Numbered from the stretch's first letter, positions 24,513-39,300 are shown. The stretch is 64,000 nt of DNA from Amoebophrya sp. A120 (GCA_905178155.1 CAJINV010000001.1:16182142-16246141), one strand, 5' to 3'. Program-made: numbers and translations. Notes: a model not told the origin generated them from the sequence alone.

Positions 24513-25525
24513 ACATGAAAATTGTTGCTCTTTTTGCAACATAGACACCCAAAGCAACATGACTTGGTGCAGCGAATCTTGTGTTTCCAGAGGACTAGCT
24601 AGTACTTGCGACCTGTTTATAGTGGGCAATTCGCTTGCACACACTGCAACTCGGACGTGCAGTAGTAATTTAAGTTGCGAAACAAGGAGAGGTATGACGG
24701 CTAGGAGCGTCAAATACAATTTTCAATTCGATAACGCGTCACACACAATTTTGTTTTCTGCAAAAACGACGATGTGGACGTGCAAAGTTGCACCGTGAAC
24801 CAGTACTGCCAGCCGTGCATGAATGCCATAGATCGGTGCTACGATAAAGTAAATCGCATGATTATCACCGTCGACTGCGAAACTGCGTAAGTAGAGCTAC
24901 AGTAGGGGCATGTCCTCTACGACGCACTCGATCTCGAACTACTACGGCGTCCTCGGAGCACATTAACCTGCACGACCGGGAAAATGGAATACCGCTACGA
25001 GTTCTCTTTGGGAGACTCCTGCACCGCCCGTTTTGAGGTGATTTCAAGAATCACTCGGAGAGTTTCGGTTTTTATAGAGAAATAATGTCGCAATAACGGG
25101 TGAGAAAACTACTCTATCTGGATCTGTTGTATGATAGTAGAAAATGACAAGGATGCCGACGTTTCATATGGACCGAAAGAAAAGGTCAATGTCATGTGGC
25201 CTCAGTGAAAAAATGAATGCAGCATTGGTGTCAATGTTGTTGAAAATTTGGTCCCGCTCCTTATGAAGTTGCGGGAAAATCTCGCCGATAGTTCAAAACT
25301 AACTCCGTGTTCGTCCACTCCATGCCAAAGAAAGTGGGAATAACAAACCTGCTTCGTAGTTTCTTGTTTTGAGAAATTATCTGATTCGCTGCGTTTGCCT
25401 ATCGTTCTTACCAGGGAGAGGGGATAGTCATTGCATGCTCGTCGATGCTAAAAAGATGTGCGAGCGCGCGTTGTTTTGAGCCACTTCCTTCTTTCTGCTT
25501 GCGTCACCGCTGATGAATGTAGGAA

Positions 25526-26783
25526 ATGTACGCCAAGTTTGGGAATTTCGCGAGCAGCATCGCGCAGACGGGACAACGGTTTTCGTGGCAGAGATGTAGG
25601 TACATGGCGCAGCAGTGGCGGGATCGCTGGTCGTGGTACCGCTTCTGGCAAATCAGGTACGGATCTTCCTCGAACGCATAAGCTGCACTGTAGACATTTT
25701 TGCACTTTGAGTGCGCTCTGGTGAAGATGCAAATACCTCTGTGAGTCGTGTTAATATGTAGTGAGGTCACCGAACGGTTCTAACCAGGGAGTTTTTTTGA
25801 CAGCCAGACAGCAAAACGGCCGTCAGTTTTCAAGCGGCCGGAAGCGTTTTTTGACATAAAAAATTTCCAATTATCAAGCGGGCGGGGCTTTGAAGTCAAA
25901 CAAGCCCGGTCGAAAACTATCGATTCGCACTTGATAAAACGACGCAGGGGAGCCGGCAAAAGGGGCGCCCTTCTGAGGCGCCCACCGCCTTGATTTCTGG
26001 CGGTTTGGGCCGCCAAAAAAGGGGCACGCAAAAAACTCGCCCAAAATCAGAACAGCGAAACAGCATGGCACGGCCGCGATTTCGGAGCATTTTGGGCGGC
26101 CGCGAAAGCGGCCGCCTTTTCGCCGGTTTCAGAGCCTGGGAAGCTTTGCAAAAAGCGCCGGCGAGGAAAATAAAGACGCAAAAAAGAAAAAGCGCGCCAG
26201 ACGCGCAGAGCCAATCCGCATGCTACGGGCCCGATTTTTCCTCGCTTTTTGGACGCCCCCCGTGGCGCCCGGATCGGCCCCATAGCATGGGGGCTGGCTT
26301 TCGGAAAGGAATTTCGGAAATTTGCCAAAATTTGCGACGCTTACCAAGCGGCCGCCATACCGTGCGGCCTAACGTTACTCACGGCGGTATGGCGAGCCCA
26401 GAAAAAGCAAAGCCGCGGCCAAGGCGACGGCCGGCAAGAAAACGCCCACGACCTCACTACCCCCGCCCCGGCGGCTATATTTGGTTTGCTATTGGATCTT
26501 TTTCCGTAGGCGATGAATGATTTTCTCTGAAGCGGAATGTTGCTTTGGGCGATTATATCACAGAGAAAATTTCTGGGAAGGATGTACTTACGTGATCATC
26601 GGGGGGTGCGTCCTCTGCAGCGCCTTCTCGTTGTTCGAGGTCCTGCGGCTACAGCGCAACAACATCCAGCGCATGTGGATTGCGTACGTGCGGAAGGAGC
26701 GCGAGCGGTCCGAGTTGATGGAAATCATCAAGCAGGCACGTGCTGCGGGCCTCATACCGCCCACCGAAAACGAAATGCAGTGA
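25526..26783 (+). CDS. Small (~116 aa) single-TM protein, possibly mitochondrial; exons 25526-25656, 26564-26783
   Basis: MYAKFGNFASS...WSWYRFWQIR joins in frame through GT-AG intron 25657-26563 to ENFWEGCTYVIIGGCVLCSAFSLFEVL...; strong coding-like codon usage. Confidence 0.7.
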
Positions 26784-27334
26784 CGGATATTTTTCGATCT
26801 CTGGTACGCAACAGGATATGATAAACTCTCATACTTGCAAAACCACTCTGCACTTTTGACATCACCAGAAGGGTCTGGACATTGATTCTTACAGCAGCAT
26901 GCGGGGCTGTGACAGAAAAACAAATGCTGACTGGACGGCGCCCCGAGGTGCTGAAAAACAAAAAAGTAGACCTGACTCTCCGTCACGTTGGGTGGTTTTC
27001 AGTAGAGCATTGCGCTGAGTGGGTTTTGGTTTATTTTCTGTGTGCTCGGACCAAGAAAGAGAAGCACGCGGGGGACGAGAGTCGATTGTCGCCAGAGCAG
27101 CACTATCTGCGCAAATAAGTAGGCACATGCAAGAATGCACGAGAGTAGTTGACACCACAGTAAAAGAAAGTGCGGGGGCGCTCATGCTCATCTCGAACTA
27201 CGCGCCTGCCACTGGAGCGATGAGTGCTCGTGTCCGGAAACAATGCACAGGTGCAGTAACACCAGATACCGAATGATTCTGAAGGAGCATCAGAGCGCAA
27301 GATCATTATGAGTGGGCACGGGAGTCAAATATGA

Positions 27335-30300
27335 ATGTTGGGCGCCATGTTATCCTCGCCCGCACGTCCGAGGATCCGCTTGCGGGCGAGGCGGCGGAGG
27401 ATGTGCGCTCCTGCCACATCGTCTTCAGTGGCTGTGGTCTGCTCGAAGAACCAGCACAGCCATTCCTTTACCCTGAAATTGGCGGCGTGGGCGTTGCTCG
27501 CCTGGTTCCCAGCTGGTGTGGGTGGGATTTTGGACAACCGCAAGGGGTATCGGCTGTTCCAGCTCGCGGAGGAGCTGTACCAGCGGTTCCACTTGGTCCG
27601 CCCCGCCGACGAGGACGACGGCCGGCTGCTGGTGCTGCGGAACGAGGTCCGCAACCAGAACGAGCTGTGCACCCACTACGCGACCTACCACGAGTTCATG
27701 AATCTGAAGCAGTACCAGGAGGGGTGGCGGTTTGTGTACGAAAGCGGCAACAATCTGAAGGCGGTGTGGAGTGAGCCGCGGAAGTGCTTTCTTGTGACCT
27801 GGGAGGGGGTGTGTCTGGAGAACCTCCAGGCCTGCGGGGGGGCGCCGGCGGGCAGTGTCGTGCCCGTTACCGACGTATTTCAGAACGGGGAAACCGACCC
27901 CGGCTACGAGGCCTACGGCAACTACCCGCACACGGGGTCGGTGAACGGCCAGGCCACCTACATGCCGCGGCACGCCTGGTACACGGAGGGCGAGGAGACG
28001 CTGCGGCTGCTGGAAGAGGTGTATTTTCTCGTGCAGGAACAGGTGTCGTGGCGCGTGTTTCTGCAGGACGGCACCCCGAGCACCGAAAAGCAGGAGGAGG
28101 CCGCTGTGCAGATCAAGTCAGGCGTGCAGCAGGTGATCGCGCTGCTGCTGCGCGTGCGTGACGAGCACTGGAAGCGGCGCCTGACGAAGCTGACCGCGTT
28201 CGTTGAACAGCAGTCCTTCCAGACGGCCGCGGTGAAAACGCACCTGACAAACTTCCTCGGCGTGCTCAACAGCTTGTTCGACGCGGGGCTCAACGACTGG
28301 TCCACCGCCTCCTCCTCCGCGACCACGCAGCAGGACCTCGAGACCAGCATGTGCACGCCGGTCGACTGGGCGGCGCGGTTGACCGAGTTGTACGCGAAGT
28401 TCGACGCGGACGTGGTCAATGGCGCTGGCGCGACCTTTGTGGGCCTCGACAACCTGTATACCGAATGTGCTAAGCACGCGGCACTGCAGGAGGCGCTGCT
28501 GACCGCGAGCAGTCTATTCTTGGCTGCGTCCGCGTACGTTAGTTTTCTGGAACTAGAGTGCAAATTTCTCAAGGAGGAGACCGGCACGGGCGCGGCGGTC
28601 TTCAACACCGATCTGATCACGCACGTGCAGAAGGTGCAGGGGATGGTGAACTATTACGCGACGACGCAGCTTGGCAGCGCTGCCGAGGACACCAATATTG
28701 GGCCCGCCGCGGCGCGGCTGCGGCGCTGCTACCACACCCGGCTCGCGCACCTGAGCGGGGTGCTTTCCAGCTGGGAAAACAAAGCCGGCTTGGGCACCGA
28801 AGACGCGTCGTGGTTCGAGAACGAGGCGGAAAGCCTGCTCACCTTGGACTACTGCCTGCACCTACACGGGGCGCTCGGTGGGGGAACGACGTCAATACTT
28901 CTCGATACGCGATCGGATGTTGGGCTCTTGGGCGCAAGTGCTGCCACTGAAGTGGTGCAGGTGCCCCGCGGCGGGGGCGCGGCGCGCGCCGCGCCCTCCT
29001 TCGCATTCGGAACGGGGGAGACGGCGGTGACGGTACTAGATCTGTTCGGCGACAACAACAAGGCACTGCAGATCGGGCCGTTGCCCGGTGCCACGGACTT
29101 GCTGCGGTCCAAGAAGGCCAGCCTGGCGGATAACTTCGTGGAGATCTCGTTGTATGAAAATTGTCCGCCGCTGCAGGACATTATCAACAAGCAGACCATC
29201 TCCGGGCTCCCGATCGGTCCCAGCAGTCGCGGCAAATGGCACGCGGACAACTGGGAATGGCTCAAGGAGGACGCGTTTGACTGGTGCGACCTCGGGTATT
29301 TCGAGGGGTGGCAGCGGGACTGGGCGAAGCAAATCAACACCCTGTGCACGGGCGCAACGCAAAAGTGGTGCTCCGCCGTAGACCCGGCGCTCTGCGACTA
29401 CGACCGCGAGTACTCGTCCTTGCTCGAGAGCCTCGATTTCGGCCTGTGGGACTGGATCAACGATCATTGGCACCGCATCGTGCGGGGTGTCGGTCACAAC
29501 TTCACGGTGACACGGGGCAACATGCGGTTTGCGCACCACCAGAATCCGAACCCGGGCTGGCACTTCTACAGCCTTCCGGAGCACCCCGCCTCGTATTCCT
29601 GCAAGAACCACACGCCCGTCAGCTACGATCCGAGCGCACAGAATGGGTGTGGCATGCCGGACACGCACAAAGCCTCGTGTCGCAGCGAACCCGGGTACTT
29701 AAGTAAGAAGTTGCTTGCCCTGCTACAGTAGGGGGAACTAGGTAGCGTAAAGTTGATGAAATGATATTGTTCATCCAGATCTGCGTTTCTAAAACACCGA
29801 ACATGATTGAAAGTGGTACGCGGCGTTTCTTCTATGTGTTTCCACCATAAAATCATACTCATACACAAGTTGCTACGTGAAACCGTTCACCAAGCCGGGA
29901 TGGCCGTCACCTCCGGAGAACGAGGACCAGAGTACCGCCCACATGGTGCAGCACGCCTGGTATTGCCGCGACGCGCAGAACAATGCCGAGGCCGCCACGT
30001 GCGAAGCCGCGCCGCCAGGTAAATACGCGGATCCGAGCAGCGGTATTGTGTCCTGTCCGTCTTCCGCGGGGTCCTTTTTGAAGTACGATTTCTGGGGTGC
30101 CACCACGGAGGACGAAGCGTGCAAAAGTAAGCACGTCACGACCGCGCGGCACTACTGCGAGAATCCCTCGGACTGCGGCACGCCTAGGGTGTTGGAGGCG
30201 GGTTGGTATTCCGACGTGTGCATGAACGAGAAGTTTCGATGCACGTACTCGGCGAAACCGGGCCCGCTCTGGCGATTCTCCTCCAATTCGGAAAGCGGGA

Positions 30301-33300
30301 CCAGTGACGGTTGTGCCGTCGGGTGGGTCTTCGTTGGCGGCGTGCACATCCCGCAGCAGCAGCTCACGCCCGCAACAGCTCGGCGCGCGAGGCTGCTTGC
30401 GGCAGAAGAAGCGAGTCAAGAAGGTGAAGTCGCGATGCAGGAGGGGAGTGCTGTCGCCCCGGCACGTGATGTCGGACAACTTCTTGGCGCTTCGGTGGCG
30501 AAGGAAATAGAGGAACAACGAAAGACGAAGACATCTGAAAAGAACCTCGCTGATGATGATTCCAAGCGGAGTTCGCGTGCACAAGAGGAAATTACCTCCC
30601 CGACAAGAAGAACCGACGAACAGAACCTCGCTGATGTCTCCTCGCAGCATCCGGAGAAGCGCCGGCGGAGGCTGGCTTCTTGGGTCGACCAGGGTCGGCA
30701 GCCCGCGTCTCTCTGTGGCGTCGGAGCTTTGTACCAGCCGAATCACCGGTGGCCACACCCCATTCCGGGTTACTACAATGTGAGCGACAAAACTAAGTAC
30801 CTGTGGGACTCGCAAGGAACCGTGGTGAAGCCTTACTATGCGGGGCTGGTGGGTATCCACGACAGCGCCCTCGCTCCGCCGCCCTGCAACTACTACTTCA
30901 CCAAGTACCGGACACTGTACGACACCTATACGAGTTACGGAGACTTCATCGCGGGTCGGCACTCCACGCGAGCGATGAACATGTATACTGCAGGCTCCCA
31001 CCTGAGCAGTAGTTTGTACAGCGCGACGGGGTTTTTCTTCGACGGGCTCGATGACGACCAGGATGGTTCCGACGCGAACACCGCTGGGCGATTCGGCTGC
31101 TATCCCGACCCCGACAACCCGGGGGAAGAAATCTGCAAGTGCGGTTTCGGGCCAGACTGCTGGCAAAGTGAACGCATTGCGCCGTTGTACTTTCGCACGG
31201 AGCTGCTCACTCTCGCTCAGTGTGGCGGCGAGTGGCGTACCTACCACAGAAAGAACACGAACTCACTGTGGGACGGAAGCGCCGACTGTGCCACCGTAAC
31301 GTACCGACAGGCAGATTGCCAGGAGTGCAAGTGTTACGAGTGTGACCCTGCTGCCGAGCCGTTCTACTACTTGAGCGACTATGTGAATGACCCGCAGGCT
31401 TTGATGCGCACCCACGCGAGTAACTACTTTGCGCTGCAGCCAGGGGAGTTTGCGACGCGCTCCCCAATCTGCAGCGCGGCAAACACGTGTCAGAGCCCGT
31501 GGAACGCCTTCCAGATGGACCCAACGATATCAGCGCCGATGACCCCGTCGCTGCATGCGAACAACTCAGAGTACGGCCGCTACCTGTTTCCGTGGCAGGA
31601 CACTGCCATTTGTGAGGTTTATCCGTTCATCCCCCCCTTTTTTGCGAATCTGTGGGTCCAGTCGGAGTGGGACAAGTTCAATTGTAAGTGCAACACGGAC
31701 CACTGGCTGGCGGGGACAAACATCGAGTTTGGGCGTCTGCGAACGCTGTGGCGGTACGACACCATGAAGGGCAAACACAAAGTGGTCGACAAAATGCACA
31801 AGAACTGTGGGAACGTGAAGCGCCACACGCCGCAGCCGGTCAAGCGCGACCTGAAGGCCGCGTCGGCGATGGCCGCAGACTACGCGAACCAGCACCGCGC
31901 GTCCTCGGCGACGCCGACTGTGCCGACCGCGGACGGGGCGTTCAGCGTCTCTGCGCTCCCGTTCAGTCTGGAGCTGTACTTCAAGCTGGTGCAGTCGGAC
32001 GCCTTTCCGGCGTCCTCGGCGGACGAGGCAGCCACGTGCGCGACCCTGGCGACCGACACCGATCTCAAACTGTTGCCGCTTGCGGGGCAGTTTCCGCATT
32101 GGTTCGTGGGGCTCGCGAAGTTTGGCAGCAGCAAGTTTCGCGTGGCCTTCTACCATCGGGAGTTGTCCCTGAGCAACAACAAACGAACCTCGGTGTACTG
32201 CTCAAAAGCGTTCACGCTGGAGCCCGACCCCGGGGGAACCCTTCACACCTCGCACTGGCAGCTGCTCAGCCTGGTCGCAGAGCAAGGCTCCTCCGCGAAC
32301 ACCGTGCGGATTCGTTTTTACGTGAATAAGGTAAGTACGTGCACACTACACTAACCAGAATTGCAGCTGCTCGCTGTCGCGCTCCTGTGCGTCGTTCAGC
32401 CACGGCTGCCAAAACCAAGATCATAATGGAACATTTGTAACATGGTTTTGTGCAAAGTTGATGAGGTTGTGCTGTCGGTCCTAAGAATATGATGGTCAGC
32501 ACCACAGCAAACAACTATAAACAGGCCTTCGTGTGCTGCCAGGAACCGTTTCCGAAACGCACATCGGCGAACTTTGCGGCGGCGGCGGACGCGGTGAATA
32601 GTCGCGAGGCGTCCACCGATTTTCATCGGGACCCGCAGACGGGCGCCTCGACCGCGGCACAGCACTCGTGGATGCAGCGCGTCGGCCAGTACAAGGATGT
32701 GTACCATGTGGGTCCGCTGAACTACGAGCTGCTGAATGGCGAGAGTCCGGGGGCGGGCACGACAAGTTTGTTCCAGAGCCAGGCGTTTGCGATCGACCCC
32801 AATTTTGCGTTACCGTACTGGCCTCTGGCGCAGATGAGCGCGCTGGGCACGAATTTTCGCCTGCTTCTCGACGAGGTTCGCATTTTCCCCAGCTTCGCAC
32901 TGCCGCGGGCGAGTTTCGGGTTTGCGGAGCTGCTACAGGACCGCCAGTGCAACAGCGGCAGTCTCTTCGACCGTCTTGCGGGCGGCGGCGGCGGCATGAC
33001 GAGCGTGGTGCAAAAGACCAACCTGCAGACTACGCTGTATGACGAGTCTTTCAGCTCCAGCGGCCTGTGCAACCCGGCTGCGAAGCTGTACCGGGATTCG
33101 AACGGCTTGGAGACGACCGGCGCCGGGGTCACGAAGTGCAAAACCGGGTACGAAACGCTGTCGCGGTACCCGAATACGTGCGTGCCCGAGTGCGGGTCGC
33201 TGCCCGGCGGGCTCGAGTACATCCGGGCCTCGGGCAGCAGCAAGTGCGACTGCCCGCCGGGCTTCTTCGAAGTGTGGCGCACGTCCAAGATGAAGCTCAC

Positions 33301-36300
33301 CTTTAGCGGCACGCTGAACAACGTGACGGCCTACGCTACCAACGTGGATACCGTGGTCTTCACGTCCAATCCGCCGCAGGTGACCGGCGACCCGTTCTAC
33401 ACGATCGAGTTCAAAGATGCGCAGGGGCAACCGAAGGTGGAGGAGGTCCCGCTGCTGGTGCTGCGGGTCGACGGCACGGCGACGAAGCTGAACCGGTTGG
33501 AGATTATGACGACGCAGGGTGACTGGGAGCACGTGCCGGCCTACGAAAATTTTGAGTTTGCGGACCCGGTGCTGCCGGCGACCATGTCGCTTCGGTATCT
33601 CCACCACAGTCCCACAGCTGGCTACGGGGGCGGCACGGAGGTACTCTCGTGTGCCGCCTGCCCGCACAGCGGCCTGAATGCAGGCGAATCGCTCGGAAGT
33701 GTGTCCCCGCGCACGAATCTGACCAGCTGCAAGTGCAAAGCGACTGACGCACGGAACCTGCTGGGAAAGTGTGTGACGCGGCAGGACCATCTGGGACCGC
33801 CGACGCTCAATCCGGGCCCGCAAACGCCGCGACGCTACGTCGCACTGAACACGAACATCCAATTTACGATCCCCGCCGTGTGGGACAGCGTTGAGTCGCC
33901 GTGGTTACGGAAAATCCTGTTCACGACGGATTTGTCCGATCCCAGCTGTGCCACCAATGCCGGGACGGTGTGGGACGGCACCAACCACCCACAGGTACGG
34001 GAGCGGCTGCCAGTCGATTTTACGCTGAAGTACACGCTGTGCCATCCCTTGTTTAAGGACCGGGCCGACCAAGCGGTGTACGCGGGCCGTGGCCAGTTAG
34101 CCGATCCGTCCGTACGCTTTGACGCAGTCGGTAAGCAACCGGGCGACCTGGCGAACCACCGGTTTGACCTGAACGTCACGGTGGATCTTCTCAGCGTGGA
34201 CGTGGTGCTGCCAGCGAGCGCGCTGGCCACGGGTTTGACCCAGACCGGGCACACGGACCACGGCAGGCTGGAGTACTGGTTCGCGACCGACCCCACCGCA
34301 CGGTCGCTCTACACGGGCCCGTTCCTGCTCACCGGTGCTGAACAAACGCTAGTGGTGCAAAGCGTGGCGAAAGACTCGGCGCTGGAAGAGCAGTACGACC
34401 CGTCGCAAGCGCTTTCCTTCGCGGTCAAAATCAACCAGCAGCCGGACTTTCACCTCGGCTTCGCGTGGGCAAGCGGCACGAGGGACACGCTTCAGCGCGT
34501 GCACTTTGTGACGCCTTCGCCCGGTGCGACAGAGGACAGCGACTGGGTGTCCCCGGAGGCGCACAACAAATACTACTTCCGCTGCGGGCTGGCCCAGACG
34601 GAAGCAAAGTTCACCCTGGCGGTGCCGGGCGCGTTTTCGCTGCAGACTGATGCGGTTGAGTACTTCGTGGAGTCGGTCGCGACCGCGGGCTTGCTCCCGA
34701 ATGCTGCAAATTACCGGTACACGAGCGCGCTCTCCTGGAAAACGTTAGCGCTTCCGAACGCCGTCGTGCAGACAGACGTGGTGACAACGCCTAAATTGGA
34801 CATCAAAAGCAGTAATCTGGGTACGGAGATCGAGTTCCGTTTAGGACTGACCGCGTACGCGGAAGAGCGCACGGCCGGAGACAACTTCTCGCTGCGCATC
34901 TATTGGCGCCTGCACAAGCTCGGGTACGTGTGGGCTAGCAACGAGCACGCGCCGCTGCGGCTTGACGTGTTTCAGCAGCGCAGCGAGAAAAACGATCTGC
35001 AGGTGCTGCTGCACCCGCAGTATGACATTGACGCCACGGATTTGTGGAACGCGCAGTGGCCCACGACGCCAGCCCCTGCGGAAGCGAAGAGCTTGCTGCA
35101 AACGCAACCCTACCGCGTGGAGATTCAACCGCCCGCTGCGGCACCGGTGCTGAGTCCAACCGCCGTGCGGTTTTTTTTCGTGGCGGCCGCGCCGATTGGT
35201 GACAGCGGCACCGGCGTGGATGCTGCGTTCGTGCAGTCGGAACTCGCGTTCCTCTGGCGGGATGTTGGCTTTTTCCTCAAGCTGCAACCGGGCACGGTGG
35301 TCTCTTCGGGCAGTGCGTCCTCATTGTTTCAGCGGGACTTTGACCTGGTTTCGGGCAACAACTACGACGCGGCCTCGCGGGCGGGCATTTTCGCCGCTTG
35401 CGGGTACCAGTTGCGCAGCAGCCAAGACGTGAACGAGCTGAAGCTGGCCAAGAAATTTTGCGAATACGAAGCGGGTGACCAACTGGCGCTGCGGGCGGAC
35501 GACGTTCTGTTCGTGTTCCACTACGATCCCGGGGAGCAATTGCTCGTATCGCATCCGCGGGTGGTGGGTATCGCACGCCAGACCGTGTTCGCCCAAGCCT
35601 CGCCGATCACTGCCAACACCTGGACACAGTACAGCGCCACCCTTTTGACGGTGCCGCGCCCGCCGGGCGCGCCCACGGCGACGCAGCACGTGTTTGACGA
35701 CCCGGCAAACCTGCGGAATTTTCAGTTTGGATTAGCGGAGCCTGCGGTGTCCGGAACGAGCTTTCACCGGAAGTTCTGCGCCGTTGCAGTGTACTCCTCG
35801 TCTTACGGCAGTGTCGAGGTTGGTGCGGGTCGGCTGCCCGGTAGCGCAGCCGGCAGTTCAGCAGCGAACGAGACAAAAGTTCGCTTTTGCGATGAGCCGC
35901 AGTCGGCCACCGCCCCGGACGCCCCCACCGTGCACGCGGACGGCCGCTTCTTTCGGCTTACAAGTGCGTCGCTTGCGAGCGCGGAAACGGTGTCTGACTT
36001 TTTGGAGCGGAGCAACGCGACGCTGTTCTACGAGAGCACGGGCTGGCAGGACTACAGCGACGTCGTCGTCGACGCTAACCTGCAGACGCTGAAGTTTTAC
36101 GGCCAGTTGAACTTCAACCTGACAGTGTTCACCAGCACAAAAGCAGCGACACCCTGGGCTGCCGACGAGTACACCCTCAGCCGCAGGGGGCGCCGCCTCA
36201 CGATGCACAAAGTGGCCGACGATGCGAGTCGTGACCCGCGAAAAGCGCGGAACCAGTTGGCTCATCCTGACTACAACCATCGTCACGGGACCGACCGAAT

Positions 36301-39300
36301 CCTGTCGCAAATTGCAGATGTAGTGTTTGGCCGAAGCAGCGTAGGGGACGAACAGCCGACGGTGCACGGCGGTTCTTCTGAGTCAGAGGGGGCTATTGCA
36401 ATGGAAAGGGACATCAACGCAGCAACCGAAGGCGCATTTGAATCTTCGGAATTGGACGACACTGACGACGAGAAAAGCGAAGAAAATGCGTCCGTTCGAG
36501 CATTGACTGCGTCCTCCGGGTCATCTCACACGCAGCAATTGTTCTCCACCCCGTACGAGGAGTCGGTAGTTTTCCTGGCACAGAAAGCGCCAAAAGTGGC
36601 CGTCTCGGTGTACGGCCAACCGACAAACCTTTTGTTCGGGATTCCCGAGTACGACGCGCTGGTTGGTCCGGGACCACTGACCGCGCAGGGCGTGCCGCGA
36701 CCCAAACCGACATTGTACTGGAGTCTGCAGGGCGCAGTCACCGGCGCCGCGTCTCAGCGCTGGTACCGTGTCAGCCAGAGCGACGTGCCCAGCAGCTCAA
36801 TTTTGGATCTGCTGGTGCCCACGACGTACTTCGAAAACTCAATTTCCGGGCGGCTTCCCGCGCTTGAGTACGATCCCGCGGCACTGTGCAAGCTGTTGAA
36901 GGTCGAGGAGCGCATTGCCAACCTGACGAAGGCCGGAGCCGTGTTTGCCGGCGCAGCGCAAACCACCGAGGCCTGCTTTTGGGTGCAGATGCCGGGGCTG
37001 TTCAAGTCCGACGCGGTGTGTGTGGACGTTGGTACGACCTCCCCACAGCTGCACTTGTCCCTCAACATGCGAACGCACGATCGCACCCTCGACGCGCTCC
37101 TCTTCTCCACGCGATTCTACCGGTACTACCCTGGCTTCGTTTCAGCGCGCGCGGACCAGACTGCCCCGGGCCTCCCTGGCCGCGCGCAGGCTGCGGGCGG
37201 GAACCCCGGCGACCTCACTGACTCTGCGTTTTTCTTCTACGACGTCGCTCGTCTCGCCATCCAGGGCAACTTTTCGATGGTTCAGAATGTGCCGTTGAGT
37301 TGCTTTCTGGTCACGGATTTCGAAGAGGCCCAAGAAGAAACATTATCTGCAACGGAAGGTGCAGCCAGTCGTGTTTCCGAACGCCAGGCCCTGACTACGG
37401 TCAAGGTGCACTTGCGCGAGACCCAGCAAGCTCCGGCGTTGGCGCAAGCAGCACCCAACTACGCGGAAAGCCGGCAGTCGAGTCCAATCGACTTAACCAC
37501 CAGCGACACGCTTGTCCTGGAGGATTCTCTTTCAGCCGCAACTGCGACACCCGCGGAAGCATCTACTGCAGCTTCGCTCGTTTTGCAGAGCTCCGCGACG
37601 TCGCTCACATCCGTCGAGCAGCAAGCGGTACTTGCGTCCGGGGTCGGAGAAGCTGGCTCCGAAGTTGTTTCCACGACCACCGCGAGAAGCCTGCAGTCCG
37701 TGAGCTTCGTGACCAAGTTCGCACAAGTTTTAGCGCCCTTCGGCACGTGTGCGGCCCAGGCGGCGCAGCTGGTGCAAAAGCACCGGCGATTCTCAGTGTA
37801 CATGTCCGCGCCGGGCTACGTGCCAGACACCTTCCGCTACTTGCAGTTCACCCTCATGGGGTACACCAAACCCGTCCTGCCGTCCCTCAACGGCGCCGCG
37901 ACTTCGGTGGCGCACGAACCCGGGGCGTTGTCCACCACCCACGTGTCGGCGCCGAACGATCGCCGAGAGTTGTTTTTCCCTGCAGACAACGACAAAGTGT
38001 ATTTTTACGTCGCGAGCGTCGAAAAGGTCACAGACAGCACCAGCCTGGCGTTCGCGAACTTGCACAATGCTTCTTCTACCGTCGCAACGACGCCTACCTC
38101 GGGGACCCCACCGCCAACGCTGCAGGAACAGATGGCAGCTAGCTGCCGCGCTCACCTAGTGAACAATCTGGTGGAGATCCAGGAGCGCAGTGCGCTGTCC
38201 GGGTGCGCTAATTTTCGGAGTGCCATCTTTCAGGGCATCTCGGACCCGTCGCCCGCGTTGCGGGGGCGATTCGAAGAGGTGTCCGGGTCCGTCGAGGCGC
38301 TCGCAGAGGGAACTACGCACGAGCTACCTCCCGCAGTTTCAGCGGGGGACGGCTCTACTGCGAGTGCTAACACGGGAGACGGAGACTCCGTTGCAGTCCT
38401 CCCGACGGGACTCGTGTTCAATCAGACGTCATGTTTCGGTTCGGAAAAGGTGTGTCGGGTCGCCCGTCACACCAAGTTTCGCTTCGCCGAAGGGTACCGG
38501 TACGAGCTGTGTTTTTTGACCTGGGCCGAGCCACGCATGCCGTCTTTCATGTCCGCAGCCGCGGTGACCGTGTCCAAGCCTCCCGTTCGAAAGGTACTGA
38601 AAATCCAGTTGTCGTTCGAGTACCAATCAACTGCCGCGTATGAAAGTTGTAGACAGATTTTTTGCGCAGCGGTGATGCAGAGTACTGCGATCTTTCGGTT
38701 TTTGACAAGACTGGTGACACTGCGCGTCACTGCAGAACAAGCTGTCAGCACTATATTGGAAGCAGAAGTACTTTAGACTTGCACAATCGATAATTTCTGA
38801 CCTCTCAACAGTTGTAGAACCAAAATAACACTTTTTGCCGCTCCTGCGCGAAAAATACGTCTCTCTGTTCCATACTTCCGCGGTTAACGTGACCGACGTG
38901 AACGCTAATATCAATGGGGTCCTGCACAGTCCGTCCACCTACGGCAGCCTCCGTACCCGCGTGGAAAACCGCATTGTTAACTTGTACGGCGTGCCAAAGA
39001 GCTACATTGCCAAGCTGGCGTTTTCGACCGGATCCCTCGTGATCGAGTTGCACGTGCGGATGCTCGCGGCCGACTACGAGCGCGTGGAGGCGGAGCACCA
39101 GGGCGCCGGGGGTGCAAACTGGCTCCAGCAGCTGCTGTTCGAAGAGATGAAGACGCAGGTGGTGCTGCCCGCGATCCAGACCGACTACATCGACCAGAAC
39201 GGACTGTCCCTGAGCTTGAACGATGTGACCGCAAGCCTGGTGGTCTTGGACGTGGACGATCCATCGATCGCGGACGTGCCACGGGTGGCGCTCACGGAAA

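Noticed and set aside
26095-26120. Rho-independent terminator-like hairpin followed by T-run
   Set aside because: Lies inside an intron of a eukaryotic gene; no bacterial context
23760-38830. Stop-codon reassignment suggested by isolated in-frame stops (TAG near 23903, TAA 38826)
   Set aside because: Conserved genes end normally at TAA, TAG or TGA and multi-kb exons contain no internal stops
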